Positions 11,201 to 20,345 of a stretch of 40,118 nucleotides of DNA are shown piece by piece; position 1 is the stretch's first letter, and every line of letters starts with the position of its first letter. The notes beneath the pieces are model-generated. The model was not told where the DNA came from. It saw only the letters and a list, made by a program, of their open reading frames with translations, and made no database searches. The stretch is from assembly GCA_043820105.1 (NCBI GenBank), contig JBDREC010000086.1:1-40118 (forward strand), given 5' to 3'. Position numbers and translations under genes: made by a program. This DNA is from Pseudomonadota bacterium. Lineage in GTDB: Bacteria > Bdellovibrionota_F > JAHFAK01 > JBDREC01.

Positions 11201-12456
11201 ATGCTGAATTAGTTGTTATCGATGATTCCGGTAGAGAAAGAGAAAAATATATCTTAACTTATGGTGCTAAACTTAAAGTCAGAGAAGGTGATTTTATAAA
11301 AACAGGTGAACTTGCTGCTGAATGGGATCCTTACACAATGCCAATTCTTACACAAGTAGGTGGAAAAATAAAATTTAAAGATCTGATTGATAATGTAACT
11401 ATAAAAGAACAAGTTGACTCTGTTACTGGTCTTTCAAGGAAAGTAATTATTGAATCAAAAGATTCAGAAATGAAACCTGAGATGGTAATTCTTGATAAAA
11501 AAGGAAAAACTCAAAAAATTCCAGGAACTAATGTTACAGCAAAATATCTTCTTCCAGTTTCTGCTAACTTGCAGGTAATGGATGGTGATGAGGTTGGACC
11601 TGGTGATATATTAGCAAAAATACCTCGTGAAACTACTAAAACAAAGGATATTACTGGTGGTCTTCCAAGGGTTGCTGAACTTTTTGAAGCAAGAAAACCA
11701 AAAGAAATCGCTGTTGTTAGTGAAATTGATGGTTATGTATCTTTTGGTAAAGATACTAAGGGAAAACGAAAAGTTATAATTAATCCTGAGGTTGGCGAAG
11801 AATCTGAATATCTAATTCCAAAAGGAAAACATATTTCTGTTCATGAGGGTGATTTTGTTAAAGCAGGTGAACCTTTAATGGATGGTGCTGCTAACCCACA
11901 TGATATTATTCGAATTTTGGGTGTTAAAGATCTTGCAAAATATCTTGTTGATGAAGTTCAAGAAGTTTACAGATTGCAAGGTGTTAAGATTAATGACAAG
12001 CATATCGAAGTTATTGTTAGGCAAATGCTCAAGAGAATTAGAATCACTGACGCTGGTGATACTGATTTCTTAAGGGACGAAGAAGTAGAAAAAGGTGTTT
12101 TTGAAGCAATGAATGAACGTATGATTAAGGCAAAGAAAAAACCAGCAGTTGGTTTGCCAATCTTGCTTGGAATCACAAAAGCTTCTTTAAGTACAGAAAG
12201 TTTTATTTCAGCAGCTTCCTTCCAGGAAACAACAAAGGTTTTCACTGAAGCAAGTATTCACGGTAAAGTTGATTACCTAAGAGGCTTAAAAGAAAATGTT
12301 ATTATGGGTAGATTAATTCCAGCTGGTACAGGAATTAATATCTATAATGAGCTTGGAATTAAGGTTGACTCAGAAGATGATGAAGAAGAAGTAACGGAAG
12401 ATGATGCGCCGATAAAAGAAAGAAAATCTGAATCAAAAGCAAGAGCTAGAGCCTAA
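8299..12456 (+). CDS. rpoC: DNA-directed RNA polymerase beta' subunit (TTG start)
   Basis: Zn finger (CxC...CxxC), catalytic [30 protein letters not shown]. Confidence 0.99.
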   Translation: MEEYNDLLQESKLKSIKDLMAMRISLASPESILEWSFGEVKKPETINYRTFKPERDGLFCAKIFGPVKDYECNCGKYKRMKHRGIVCEKCGVEVILSKVRRERMGHITLATPVAHIWFLKSLPSRIGTILDLLLKDLEKVLYCESYIVTDPGDTSLKEKALLTDEEYSEAQEKFGARFSAGMGAEAIKELLKKLDVETDSIELRRELVTVTSEAKRKKIIKRLKVVDAFRQSGNKPEWMIMDVVPVIPPDLRPLVPLDGGRFATSDLNDLYRRVINRNNRLKRLMELNAPEIIIRNEKRMLQESVDALFDNGRRGKAIVGSNKRPLKSLSDMIKGKQGRFRQNLLGKRVDYSGRSVIVVGPELKLHQCGLPKKMALELFKPFIYGKLEERNLVSTIKSAKKMVEKERPEVWDILDEVIKEHPILLNRAPTLHRLGVQAFEPVLIEGKAIRLHPLVCLAFNADFDGDQMAVHLPLSIESQIESRVIMLSTNNILSPASGQPIIIPTQDIVLGLYYLTREKPGVPGTGMILSSKSEVVSAYDADVLDIHAAITVRMDGKRVKTTTGRIIFSEIIPKEISYNEINRVMDKKTLAKLINVCFRRAGGKKAVLLADNMRTMGYKYSTQAGISICLDDMVIPDKKEPLIKKAWDDVEDIQTQYREGLITDGERYNKVIDIWAQVSENVATEMMKNLATDDIKDEKGKTQKVTSFNSIYMMADSGSRGSSQQIRQLAGMRGLMAKPSGEIMETPITANFREGLTVLQYFISTHGARKGLADTALKTANSGYLTRRLVDVAQDAIITEKDCGTLDGIYISSLVEGGEIIETVGDRILGRVVSPDILDPFTQEVLIKSNTALTEAHIEIIENAGLEKVMIRSVLTCRAKRGICVRCYGRDLGRGKMVNLGEAVGVIAAQSIGEPGTQLTMRTFHVGGTATRAAEQSTLIAKNDGVVKFNNLSSVESVDKQLVVVNRNAELVVIDDSGREREKYILTYGAKLKVREGDFIKTGELAAEWDPYTMPILTQVGGKIKFKDLIDNVTIKEQVDSVTGLSRKVIIESKDSEMKPEMVILDKKGKTQKIPGTNVTAKYLLPVSANLQVMDGDEVGPGDILAKIPRETTKTKDITGGLPRVAELFEARKPKEIAVVSEIDGYVSFGKDTKGKRKVIINPEVGEESEYLIPKGKHISVHEGDFVKAGEPLMDGAANPHDIIRILGVKDLAKYLVDEVQEVYRLQGVKINDKHIEVIVRQMLKRIRITDAGDTDFLRDEEVEKGVFEAMNERMIKAKKKPAVGLPILLGITKASLSTESFISAASFQETTKVFTEASIHGKVDYLRGLKENVIMGRLIPAGTGINIYNELGIKVDSEDDEEEVTEDDAPIKERKSESKARARA

Positions 12457-12491
12457 TGATTTATTTAATTATAAATTCTTAAAACTATTTT

Positions 12492-13127
12492 CTAAGATCT
12501 TTTTATAACTAACTGCATTCCATCTCTAATTGTTAATAAAATATTATCTACATTACTAGATTTGCATAGCTTTTTATTTAGGTTATGAATAGCCAAAGAC
12601 TCCTCATCATTAGGAGCCAAAACATTCCCAGACCAAAACGCATTATCAAAAATCATAATACCACCAGAATTTAATTTTGCTAAAAGCATGTCAAAATAGA
12701 CTGGATAATTCTTTTTATCTCCATCAATAAAAATAAAATCAAGTTTGTGCTTTATTTTAGGAATTGTTTCAATTGCTAAACCCATTTCAATTTTAATTTT
12801 TTTGCCATGGGGTGATTGCTTGAAGTATTTTTGAGCTAATTTTTGAGCAACAGTATTGATTTCACATGTAATTAAGGTTCCATCATCTGGCAGAGCTGAA
12901 GCTATTGATAAGGCTGAATACCCTGTATACATGCCTATTTCAAGTGCATGTTTTGCCTTTGAAATTTTAACAATAGAATGAAGGAATTTGCCAGCAACTT
13001 TACCAGTTAGCATCTTTGTTCCAGTCATTGTAACAAGAGTTTCTTTTTCAAGATCTTTTAATAAAACATCTATATCAGAAGAATGATTGGAAGCATATTC
13101 TTCGAATTTTTCATCTATTATTTGCAT
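12492..13127 (-). CDS. SAM-dependent O-methyltransferase, family 3 (caffeoyl-CoA OMT/YrrM-like)
   Basis: LEIGMYTGYS, DFIFIDGDKKNY, DNAFWSG, IRDG. Confidence 0.9.
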   Translation of the reverse strand: MQIIDEKFEEYASNHSSDIDVLLKDLEKETLVTMTGTKMLTGKVAGKFLHSIVKISKAKHALEIGMYTGYSALSIASALPDDGTLITCEINTVAQKLAQKYFKQSPHGKKIKIEMGLAIETIPKIKHKLDFIFIDGDKKNYPVYFDMLLAKLNSGGIMIFDNAFWSGNVLAPNDEESLAIHNLNKKLCKSSNVDNILLTIRDGMQLVIKRS

Positions 13128-13308
13128 TAATTTAAATCCTGTTTTATGTAAAACTAAATTGAAATATTAAGAAAAAGATAAAAAGGTCAATGATAATATA
13201 TACGATCAAATTTTATGACAACTGGACCCTTATTAATAGCAGTCACTTAATTTATATTATTGATTCTTTGTATGGTCTTGAATATTTTATTTTAAGAAAG
13301 GAAAATAT

Positions 13309-13587
13309 ATGAAAAATATAAGAGTTGAAAAAGAGATATCAAAAAATCTAAGTAAGGAAGAGTTTGAATCATTAATTTTAAATATTAAAGAATCGCGCTT
13401 CAAAGATTATGATTTTGATTATACTTGGAGTGATGATGATAATATTTCTTTTAAAGGAAAAGGTTTTTCTGGATCTTTAGAGAAAAATAAAAACATAATA
13501 TCAATAAATCTTTCTTTTGGTTTTTTGTTAATACCTTTTAAAAATCTTATTAAAGAAGGTATTGAAGCAGAATTGGATAAAATTTAA
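13309..13587 (+). CDS. Small protein resembling the polyhydroxyalkanoic-acid-system (PHA_gran_rgn) family
   Basis: 92 aa with pattern W-x4-N-x2-F-x3-G-x2-G-x-L...FGFLL-x-PFK-x2-I-x3-I-x3-LD, recognised by eye; AAAGGA RBS. Confidence 0.6.
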   Translation: MKNIRVEKEISKNLSKEEFESLILNIKESRFKDYDFDYTWSDDDNISFKGKGFSGSLEKNKNIISINLSFGFLLIPFKNLIKEGIEAELDKI

Positions 13588-13589
13588 AA

Positions 13590-15254
13590 TTACAACTTCC
13601 TTTTTAACCATGAAGGAAGACGAAATGGCAAAATCACATTTCTTTCCTTGTATGTTCCCCAATAATCAGATCCTCTCACATTGCCTGTTTGCATATCCAT
13701 TAAAGCTATTTCACGAGCTCGCGTAATTAAACCAGGATTTGAGAAAAGTTTATCAGCTGCATCTACTACTACTGAATAGATATATCCAATTTGCTGATCA
13801 ATTATTATATCAAAGAGCCTTGACTGCATTGGAAAGTCTATTAATGAAGAAGTAACAACTTCCCAATAATTGTCACGAGCATGAACTTCATGTTTGTGGG
13901 AGTGGCCTGCAATATGCATGATAACTTCTTCATAGGATGATAAAATCTTTTCTAAGTCTTTTCCTGAATATTGTTTTCCTTGCTTTTTAATGCATTTTCT
14001 TGCTGTTGCAAATGGAAGAATGTTGTTCTTCTTTATTATATTTTTACCATGATGAGAGGCGATAATAACAAGCTCTTTGCCTTTCGATTTTTCTAGCTCA
14101 GGTATTAAAAAATCTTCAATTTGTTTTTCATAAAGCATGGCGTGGACTGCTGAACATTTTGGCCAGGTATTTAAAACAATCATTTTTATTGGAATATGAG
14201 AATCAAAAGTAATTGTATAATAACCCTCTAAATAGTCAAAGCCATGACTAATTAATTTTTCATAAAATTCTTTTTCAGAAAACAAACGCCTTTCTGGGTC
14301 ACTTGAAATATCAAAACTTACTTTTTTCTTTCTTTCAGTTTCCCTTTTTTTATTCACAAGGTCTTTTATTTCATTAAGGGACAAATAATCTTCAGCTGGA
14401 AATACTGGTGCTTTTGATATACTAGCCAAAGGATCATGGGGGAAGTTTATAATAACTTCCTCTTTTATTGTATCCTGGCTGAGGTTTCCATATAAGAATC
14501 CATCATGATTTCCCATAGCGACATACCATGGAATTTCACTTCTCAAACCTTCAGCTAAAAATGGATCATTAGCATCATCTGGAAAAAATGGAATATCTTC
14601 GCACATGCTTATGTATGGGTTTTCATCTAAGCCACTATCAGGATCAATGTATTTGCCATTAATAATATCATAAAACCAATCAAGCTCAATTTTTAAAGAA
14701 TTTTCAACTAAATCACCTGTTAATAAAAGCATATCAAAATTCTTATTAGTTTCATGGGAAATCTGATTGGCTGTTCTTATCATTGTATCAAAAACTTGAG
14801 TTGAATACTGTTCTTGAGGTCTAAAAAAGCCATCAAGAAGTTTTGAATCTTTTAAAACATCCCTGGCAGGTGATTCTTCATCTGTTATATGAGCATCTGT
14901 TATCTGCATAAAATATAATACAGATAAAGCATTAGTTGATATATAGTTTTTCGCGCGAGGTATGTGAAAATCATTTCTAAAATAAAAATCTTCACCAAGA
15001 TCAGGTTCATATTTTTCTATTAATGGATCGTCATACCAATATGGATCAGTTTTTAAATTAGGATTATCAGGATCATCTTTAACCCCAAGGATAGGCCTAT
15101 TAATGTAAGTGAGTGTAGTTAAATCAGTTCTATTTATTATATTAGCTAAAACTGGCCTATCAATTTCCTTATTTAAATAAACAGCAGTACAAATATAAGG
15201 GAAAAACAATATATTTATTATTATTATAAAACCAGGTAATTTTCTAATTTTCAT
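13590..15254 (-). CDS. Secreted calcineurin-like metallophosphoesterase (RPA4764/TIGR03768-like)
   Basis: Hydrophobic N-terminal signal; motifs TDAHITDEESPAR, TGDLVEN, GNHD, HH, GHSH, TSSLIDFPMQSR; GGAGGGG RBS. Confidence 0.85.
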   Translation of the reverse strand: MKIRKLPGFIIIINILFFPYICTAVYLNKEIDRPVLANIINRTDLTTLTYINRPILGVKDDPDNPNLKTDPYWYDDPLIEKYEPDLGEDFYFRNDFHIPRAKNYISTNALSVLYFMQITDAHITDEESPARDVLKDSKLLDGFFRPQEQYSTQVFDTMIRTANQISHETNKNFDMLLLTGDLVENSLKIELDWFYDIINGKYIDPDSGLDENPYISMCEDIPFFPDDANDPFLAEGLRSEIPWYVAMGNHDGFLYGNLSQDTIKEEVIINFPHDPLASISKAPVFPAEDYLSLNEIKDLVNKKRETERKKKVSFDISSDPERRLFSEKEFYEKLISHGFDYLEGYYTITFDSHIPIKMIVLNTWPKCSAVHAMLYEKQIEDFLIPELEKSKGKELVIIASHHGKNIIKKNNILPFATARKCIKKQGKQYSGKDLEKILSSYEEVIMHIAGHSHKHEVHARDNYWEVVTSSLIDFPMQSRLFDIIIDQQIGYIYSVVVDAADKLFSNPGLITRAREIALMDMQTGNVRGSDYWGTYKERNVILPFRLPSWLKRKL

Positions 15255-15292
15255 GTCAATATCATCCCCTCCAAAAAGAATGTGCTTTTTTT

Positions 15293-15310
15293 ATTCAAGA
15301 TGCATGCCAG
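15293..15310 (-). promoter_or_regulatory. Putative sigma54 (-24/-12) promoter for the metallophosphoesterase
   Basis: Minus strand CTGGCATGCATCTTGAAT is GG-N10-GA, a -12 variant of TGGCAC-N5-TTGC, about 40 nt before the ATG. Confidence 0.55.
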
Positions 15311-15513
15311 GAATAGAAATTTGTTTCGATTATAGAAAGTTTAACAAAAACAAGATGATAGACCATCGTCTCTTTTGGAGGATAATTTAAAGTGGTGCCA
15401 TTTTGCTTTCTGGGGCTTTGAAAAAAATTAAATTCTATGTTCAGATTTATCTTTTCTCAATTCGCATGCACTTCTCAGTTGATATCGCTTTTCATCTTTT
15501 ATACATATAAGTA

Positions 15514-17739
15514 ATGAGTTTTAAATTTAATAAAACATTTATTTTATCTCTTGTTTTCTGTCTAATCATTACATGTTTTACTATTTTCCTTTTGAAATTA
15601 GCTGCTTTTTCTTGGCTTGAAATGGCGGTTTTTGATTATAGATCAAGGCTTGCTACTGATTATAATGATAAATCAACTTCAAACATTTCTTTAATCACAA
15701 TTGATGAATCTTCCTTGTTGTATATGGAAAATAAAGCACAGCAACCATGGCCATGGTCTCGTGATGTTTATGTGCCTGTTCTTGGTTTTCTTAAAGAATC
15801 TGGAGCTAAAGCTATTATATTTGATATGATTTTTGATAAAAGTGATTTTAAGCGCGCTGATATTGATGGCTATGACGCTGATATAGCATTTGCAGATGCT
15901 TGCAGAGATCATAATACTTTATATCATTCTGCAATATTTAAAAAACAGGAAGGCCAATATTCATTATTGATAAATGATTTTGAAAAAAGAGAAAATACAT
16001 TTTTAGAAAAATCCAAGATTTGTATTGATAAAAGTGTTTTAAGTAAATTGCCTGAAATGAAATCAGCTATTTTACCAATAGAAGCTTTAATAAAAGCATC
16101 CAAAGCAACTGGCGTCGCGAATATTGATCATTCATATTCAAACGTGAAAGGGATTAATGAATCTATTAGTAGGGAAGTAAAATTATTATATAAATATAAA
16201 GAACAAATTATTCCTCATATGGGTTTGAGAATAGCAATGGACCTAAAGGGGATTGATTGCATTGGTCTAACAAATGATAAAATAACATTTTCTGGTGGAT
16301 CCATTCCTGTTAATATAGATCAAAAATTACTTTTAAAATGGTATGGGCTTGGTGGAACAAATAGTAATGGAAAAAGCCTTACCTTTAATTACTATTCTTT
16401 TAGGGATGTTTTATTATCAGGTGTAGCTATTTTGAGTCACGAGAAACCTTTACTTCCTATAAATTCATTCAAAGATAAAATTGTAATTATTGGTGGTACA
16501 GCTAGTCTTTTATTTGATCTGAAAAACACACCAATGGGAAGAAAGTACCCTGGCATGGAAATGCAGGCAACAATTATAAAAAATATTATGAATAATGATT
16601 TTATTTATAAAGCATCTGTTTATTATACTTTCATTGTTGTTATTTTATTGAGTTTATTTCTTTGTTTGATCTTTTTTCATATTCACAGATGGTACAGCTC
16701 TGTTTTAATTTTATTTATTACCCTAATAGGACTAACTTTTATTAATTTTACTTTGTTCATAAAACACTCTCTATTTCTTGATTATATTCCTCCTGTTTTT
16801 GCAGTGTTTTTATCTTTTATAATGGCAATTTTATATAATTTGCAAACTGAGGGTAAAAAAAGAAAAGATATTAAAAAGAAATTTCAGCACTATGTTGGAG
16901 CTTCAGTTGTTAATGAAATGATGAATAATCCTTCAAAGTTTAAGCTAGGTGGCGAAAAACGAGTGCTTACTGTAATGTTTGCTGATATCGCTGGTTTTAC
17001 TGCTATTTCAGAAAAACTTAGTCCTGAAAAGCTGTCTTCAATGTTTAATGTTATTTTTACTTATTTAACAGATATAATAATAAAGCATGATGGTACTTTA
17101 GATAAGTATATTGGTGACTGTATCATGAGTTTTTTTGGTGCTCCTGTTGCCTTTAACAATCATGCTGACATGGCTTGCAAGGCCGCGTTTTTGATGAATC
17201 TAAAAATTGGTGAACTTGCAAAAGAGTATTCAGCTGAAGCGATTCCTGGTTTGAGCATGAGAATTGGAATAAATTCAGGTGAAGTTATTGTTGGAAATAT
17301 GGGATCAAAGTATATTTATGATTATACTGTTTTGGGTGATAGTGTTAATCTTGCATCAAGAATTGAAGGTGTAAACAAAGTTTTTGGTACAGCTATTATT
17401 ATTAGTGAAGATACCAAAAAACTTTTGACTGAAAAAATAATTCTTAGAATGCTTGGATCTGTTAGAGTTAAAGGAAAAGCCAGGCCTGTTATTCTTTATG
17501 AAATCAGGGGTCTTGGTACTGCTGCTGAATATGAGCTTGAGTTAATACAAGAATTTGAAAAGGCTTTACAATATTATAAAAATAAGCAAGTGGATTTAGC
17601 CTTGCAATCATTTAGAAATGTATTATCAATAGAAGATAACGACCAGGCTACAAAATATTATATTAATTTATGCCAAAATTTGATAAGAGTTGGTTATAAT
17701 GATAAGTGGGATTGGACAATAGATTTGAAAAGCAAGTGA
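15514..17739 (+). CDS. CHASE2-domain class III adenylate cyclase
   Basis: N-terminal TM; CHASE2 motifs (ITIDE..WPWSR..D..F, TP..YPGME); three TMs; catalytic FADIAGFT, DKYIGD and DYTVLGDSVNLASRIEG. The Lys/Thr pair indicates ATP specificity. TPR-like tail. Confidence 0.93.
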   Translation: MSFKFNKTFILSLVFCLIITCFTIFLLKLAAFSWLEMAVFDYRSRLATDYNDKSTSNISLITIDESSLLYMENKAQQPWPWSRDVYVPVLGFLKESGAKAIIFDMIFDKSDFKRADIDGYDADIAFADACRDHNTLYHSAIFKKQEGQYSLLINDFEKRENTFLEKSKICIDKSVLSKLPEMKSAILPIEALIKASKATGVANIDHSYSNVKGINESISREVKLLYKYKEQIIPHMGLRIAMDLKGIDCIGLTNDKITFSGGSIPVNIDQKLLLKWYGLGGTNSNGKSLTFNYYSFRDVLLSGVAILSHEKPLLPINSFKDKIVIIGGTASLLFDLKNTPMGRKYPGMEMQATIIKNIMNNDFIYKASVYYTFIVVILLSLFLCLIFFHIHRWYSSVLILFITLIGLTFINFTLFIKHSLFLDYIPPVFAVFLSFIMAILYNLQTEGKKRKDIKKKFQHYVGASVVNEMMNNPSKFKLGGEKRVLTVMFADIAGFTAISEKLSPEKLSSMFNVIFTYLTDIIIKHDGTLDKYIGDCIMSFFGAPVAFNNHADMACKAAFLMNLKIGELAKEYSAEAIPGLSMRIGINSGEVIVGNMGSKYIYDYTVLGDSVNLASRIEGVNKVFGTAIIISEDTKKLLTEKIILRMLGSVRVKGKARPVILYEIRGLGTAAEYELELIQEFEKALQYYKNKQVDLALQSFRNVLSIEDNDQATKYYINLCQNLIRVGYNDKWDWTIDLKSK

Positions 17740-17745
17740 GGAAGA

Positions 17746-17777
17746 AGTATTTGGTATTTGGTATTTAGTATTCAGTA
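17746..17777. repeat. Heptamer array RGTATTY x4.5 between the cyclase and M48 genes
   Basis: AGTATTT GGTATTT GGTATTT AGTATTC AGTA, with complementary TACTAAATA at 17808-17816. Confidence 0.8.
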
Positions 17778-17839
17778 AAGAATATAATCACAATACTATG
17801 TTTCAGTTACTAAATATATAAAATATAAAGAGGTCAGAT

Positions 17840-19327
17840 GTGTTTATAAATAAAAAGCTCATGCTTATTTTTGTTGCAGTTGCTTTTCTTTGCTTTGCTT
17901 CAAGTGTAGACACTGTTAAAGTTAAACGAAAGTATGCAAAAGTTAGAAATGGGCCGGCTTCTTTTTATCCTGTTGTTTCTTTGGTCTATCAGAATGATTC
18001 TCTTAATGTGGTCAAGGCTACTGATAAATGGCTTAATATTTCATTTGAAAAAGATGCTGCTGGCTTTGTCAAGGAAAGTGATTACTTGCTTTATAAAAAA
18101 GAAAAAATATCTACACCTGTTTATAAAGAGGCGAGTGATGCTTCTAGGAAAATAAATTATCTGGATAATAATTTGAGTTTTTCAACTAAAAAGAAAGATG
18201 ATAGTTGGAGAGAAGTGCAGATTAAGAAAAAAATAGAAGGATGGGTAGCAAGAATTTCTATAGCAGAAAAAAGTTCTGGTTTTGATATGAAAAATCTACT
18301 CCAGGATATTGATCAAATCCCCATATCTGAAGTGGAAACAGCTGCTGCAATTAGAGGACTTACTGATTCATTTTCATCTATTAAAGATTATAACTTTAAA
18401 GCTCTCAAGGAAATATTAGAAAAGGAACTCTTCTCAGTTGATAGTTATAATGCTTCATTTAGAGATCCTTTGCAGAAACACATAAATGCACCTAAAAAGA
18501 AAAAAATAAAACAAATGGTAAAAGAGATTTTAGATCCCATTTATGAAGAAAGGCTAGGATATTTAGTTGCAGCTCACCTTTTGGGCAAATATAAAATTGT
18601 TGCTGTTGATTCTGAGCTTTCGAAATATGTTAATATGTTGGGCACCTTTATTGCATTCTATTCAGAGCGCTATGATGTGAAATATCGTTTTTTAATTTTA
18701 AAGTCAGACGAATTAAATTCCTTTTCAGCACCAGGTGGATTTGTATTTCTTACAACAGGTGTTTTAGAAAAAGTTACTTCAGAAGATGAGCTCGCTGCTA
18801 TTTTAGGTCATGAAATTTCACACATCGCCTTAGCCCATAGCGCAAAATCTCAAAGGAACACAGCTGCTAGACTGGGAGGGATGGATGTCCATGTGCTTGA
18901 AGCTGACTTTGATAAAGAGATTAAAAAGGCCCATAAAAGGCAAGACTATGAGGGTGGAGATCTAGCTTATGCTAATAAAGAGGTTTTTCAAAAACTTAGT
19001 CATGATTCCAATCTCTTTTTAGATGCTACAATTGGTGGCGGCAGAAATTATCAATTTGAAATTGAAGCAGATTTTTATGGTCAGTACTATGCTTATATTG
19101 CTGGTTTTGGTACAAACGGAATGCTAAAATTTCTTGATAAAATAAAGGGAAAAAACGAGAATTATATTTCACAAAAATCTATTCGTGATTTTATGAACCA
19201 CCCAGATGTTCCCACTAGAATAAAAGAGTTAGAAAGAAATCTTAAAAGAAATGGCTTATACAAGATAAATGGATATGAAGGTCAATCTAGGTTTATGGAA
19301 TATAAAAAGCAACTAAATTTACTATAA
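17840..19327 (+). CDS. Exported M48-family Zn metallopeptidase with N-terminal SH3b-like region (GTG start)
   Basis: Signal peptide; VRNGP...WL and EGWV (SH3b-like); NSFSAPGGFVF, EDELAAILGHEISH, EIEAD, HP. Confidence 0.85.
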   Translation: MFINKKLMLIFVAVAFLCFASSVDTVKVKRKYAKVRNGPASFYPVVSLVYQNDSLNVVKATDKWLNISFEKDAAGFVKESDYLLYKKEKISTPVYKEASDASRKINYLDNNLSFSTKKKDDSWREVQIKKKIEGWVARISIAEKSSGFDMKNLLQDIDQIPISEVETAAAIRGLTDSFSSIKDYNFKALKEILEKELFSVDSYNASFRDPLQKHINAPKKKKIKQMVKEILDPIYEERLGYLVAAHLLGKYKIVAVDSELSKYVNMLGTFIAFYSERYDVKYRFLILKSDELNSFSAPGGFVFLTTGVLEKVTSEDELAAILGHEISHIALAHSAKSQRNTAARLGGMDVHVLEADFDKEIKKAHKRQDYEGGDLAYANKEVFQKLSHDSNLFLDATIGGGRNYQFEIEADFYGQYYAYIAGFGTNGMLKFLDKIKGKNENYISQKSIRDFMNHPDVPTRIKELERNLKRNGLYKINGYEGQSRFMEYKKQLNLL

Positions 19328-19345
19328 TTAAACATTAGAAAGAAG

Positions 19346-19378
19346 AAAATTCACATAAAATTCACATAAAATTCATAT
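19346..19378. promoter_or_regulatory. Three 11-bp direct repeats AAAATTCAYAT; candidate OmpR/PhoB-type binding array
   Basis: AAAATTCACAT AAAATTCACAT AAAATTCATAT, one helical turn per unit, about 200 bp upstream of the 19580 gene. Confidence 0.5.
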
Positions 19379-19427
19379 TGTAATTCATTGCAAACAGATA
19401 AGTGTCTGTTAATAAAGGATAAAAAAA

Positions 19428-19454
19428 GCATTGACACAAGCCATGTGTTAATGC
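19428..19454. promoter_or_regulatory. Inverted repeat containing TTGACA (operator or terminator-like hairpin)
   Basis: GCATTGACACA-AGCCA-TGTGTTAATGC, an 11-bp stem with one G.U, preceded by an A-run. Confidence 0.45.
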
Positions 19455-19579
19455 ATTAAGTCGACTGGTTGGTATGGGATCTGGGAAAAACAGGGATATC
19501 TCCCTTTCATTGTGGTTTTGAAAGTATGTTATGATCTATCTTATTTAATTAATTGTGTTTTTAGCTTTGGAGGCCTTTT

Positions 19580-20290
19580 ATGCATTTTATCAAAATTACA
19601 AGTTTTGCATTATTTTCATTATTGATTGTTTTTTCAATTTCTCTTCGTGCAGGTGGAGTCGAAAAATATTGTACGGATGAGTTTTATGTTGGTCCATGTG
19701 AAGAATATGAAGATGCCAATGCCCATTTTCGTGTTAGTAATCATCTTTCTTTAGATTCAATTTTAAGTTTTGCTGGTCCAAGCAAAAGTTTTTCAGATAA
19801 ACTAATTTGTGTAAGAGGAACAAATTCTGATGACCACATTGAGGTAAAGCAAGAAGGAAATCTCTTTTATTTTGAGTTTAATGGTGAGGCTACAAGCTAT
19901 GAATATTATCCCGAAAATGTTTATTTCTTTAGAGGCTGTGCTGGAAATGATATTTTAATGGGTGGTCCTGCTGTAGATATTATTAATGGTGGCGCTGGTA
20001 ATGATTCAATATATGGCGGGGATATTTTTGAAAATAAAATGGATATAATGTTTGGTGGTGAAAGTTGGGATAAGTTTTTTGTGAGTTGTGAAGATTATAT
20101 TATTGATGTTAAGCCAAGAGGTCTTTTGGTTAGATATTCACGAAGAGCATCACATGTTACAAGCTCCTGTGTAACACATAAGGTTGGTACTTTTGTTGAT
20201 AAAATAGATGAATATGATGAAGGTGTACAAATATTATCCGCTGACGAACCAGAACCAGATGCCTGGGAAGGTTTTGTTTTTGAAAATTAA
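19580..20290 (+). CDS. Secreted protein with hemolysin-type (RTX-like) Ca-binding repeats
   Basis: Sec-type signal ending LRA; nonapeptides GCAGNDILM, GGPAVDIIN, GGAGNDSIY, GGESWDKFF; GGAGG RBS. Confidence 0.75.
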   Translation: MHFIKITSFALFSLLIVFSISLRAGGVEKYCTDEFYVGPCEEYEDANAHFRVSNHLSLDSILSFAGPSKSFSDKLICVRGTNSDDHIEVKQEGNLFYFEFNGEATSYEYYPENVYFFRGCAGNDILMGGPAVDIINGGAGNDSIYGGDIFENKMDIMFGGESWDKFFVSCEDYIIDVKPRGLLVRYSRRASHVTSSCVTHKVGTFVDKIDEYDEGVQILSADEPEPDAWEGFVFEN

Positions 20291-20345
20291 ATGCCAACCT
20301 ATTCTATTCAATAGACAATAAAATTCTACTTAAAATATTAATGCT

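Noticed and set aside
3396-12245. Short antisense or alternate-frame ORFs within rplL, rpoB and rpoC
   Set aside because: They are shadows of highly conserved genes with no recognisable motifs.
4095-12456. Inteins, rpoB-rpoC fusion or rifampicin-resistance substitutions
   Set aside because: Lengths are normal, the ORFs are separate, and the rif cluster I residues (Q, D, H, S in [22 protein letters not shown]) look wild type.
15393-15407. Plus-strand sigma54 promoter TGGTGCCATTTTGCT for the cyclase
   Set aside because: Spacing is GG-N9-GC, whereas sigma54 needs N10.
19460-19530. Riboswitch in the G-rich leader of the 19580 gene
   Set aside because: Only a small AGGGA-TATC-TCCCT hairpin is visible, and I recognise no riboswitch consensus. 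An Rfam scan would settle it.
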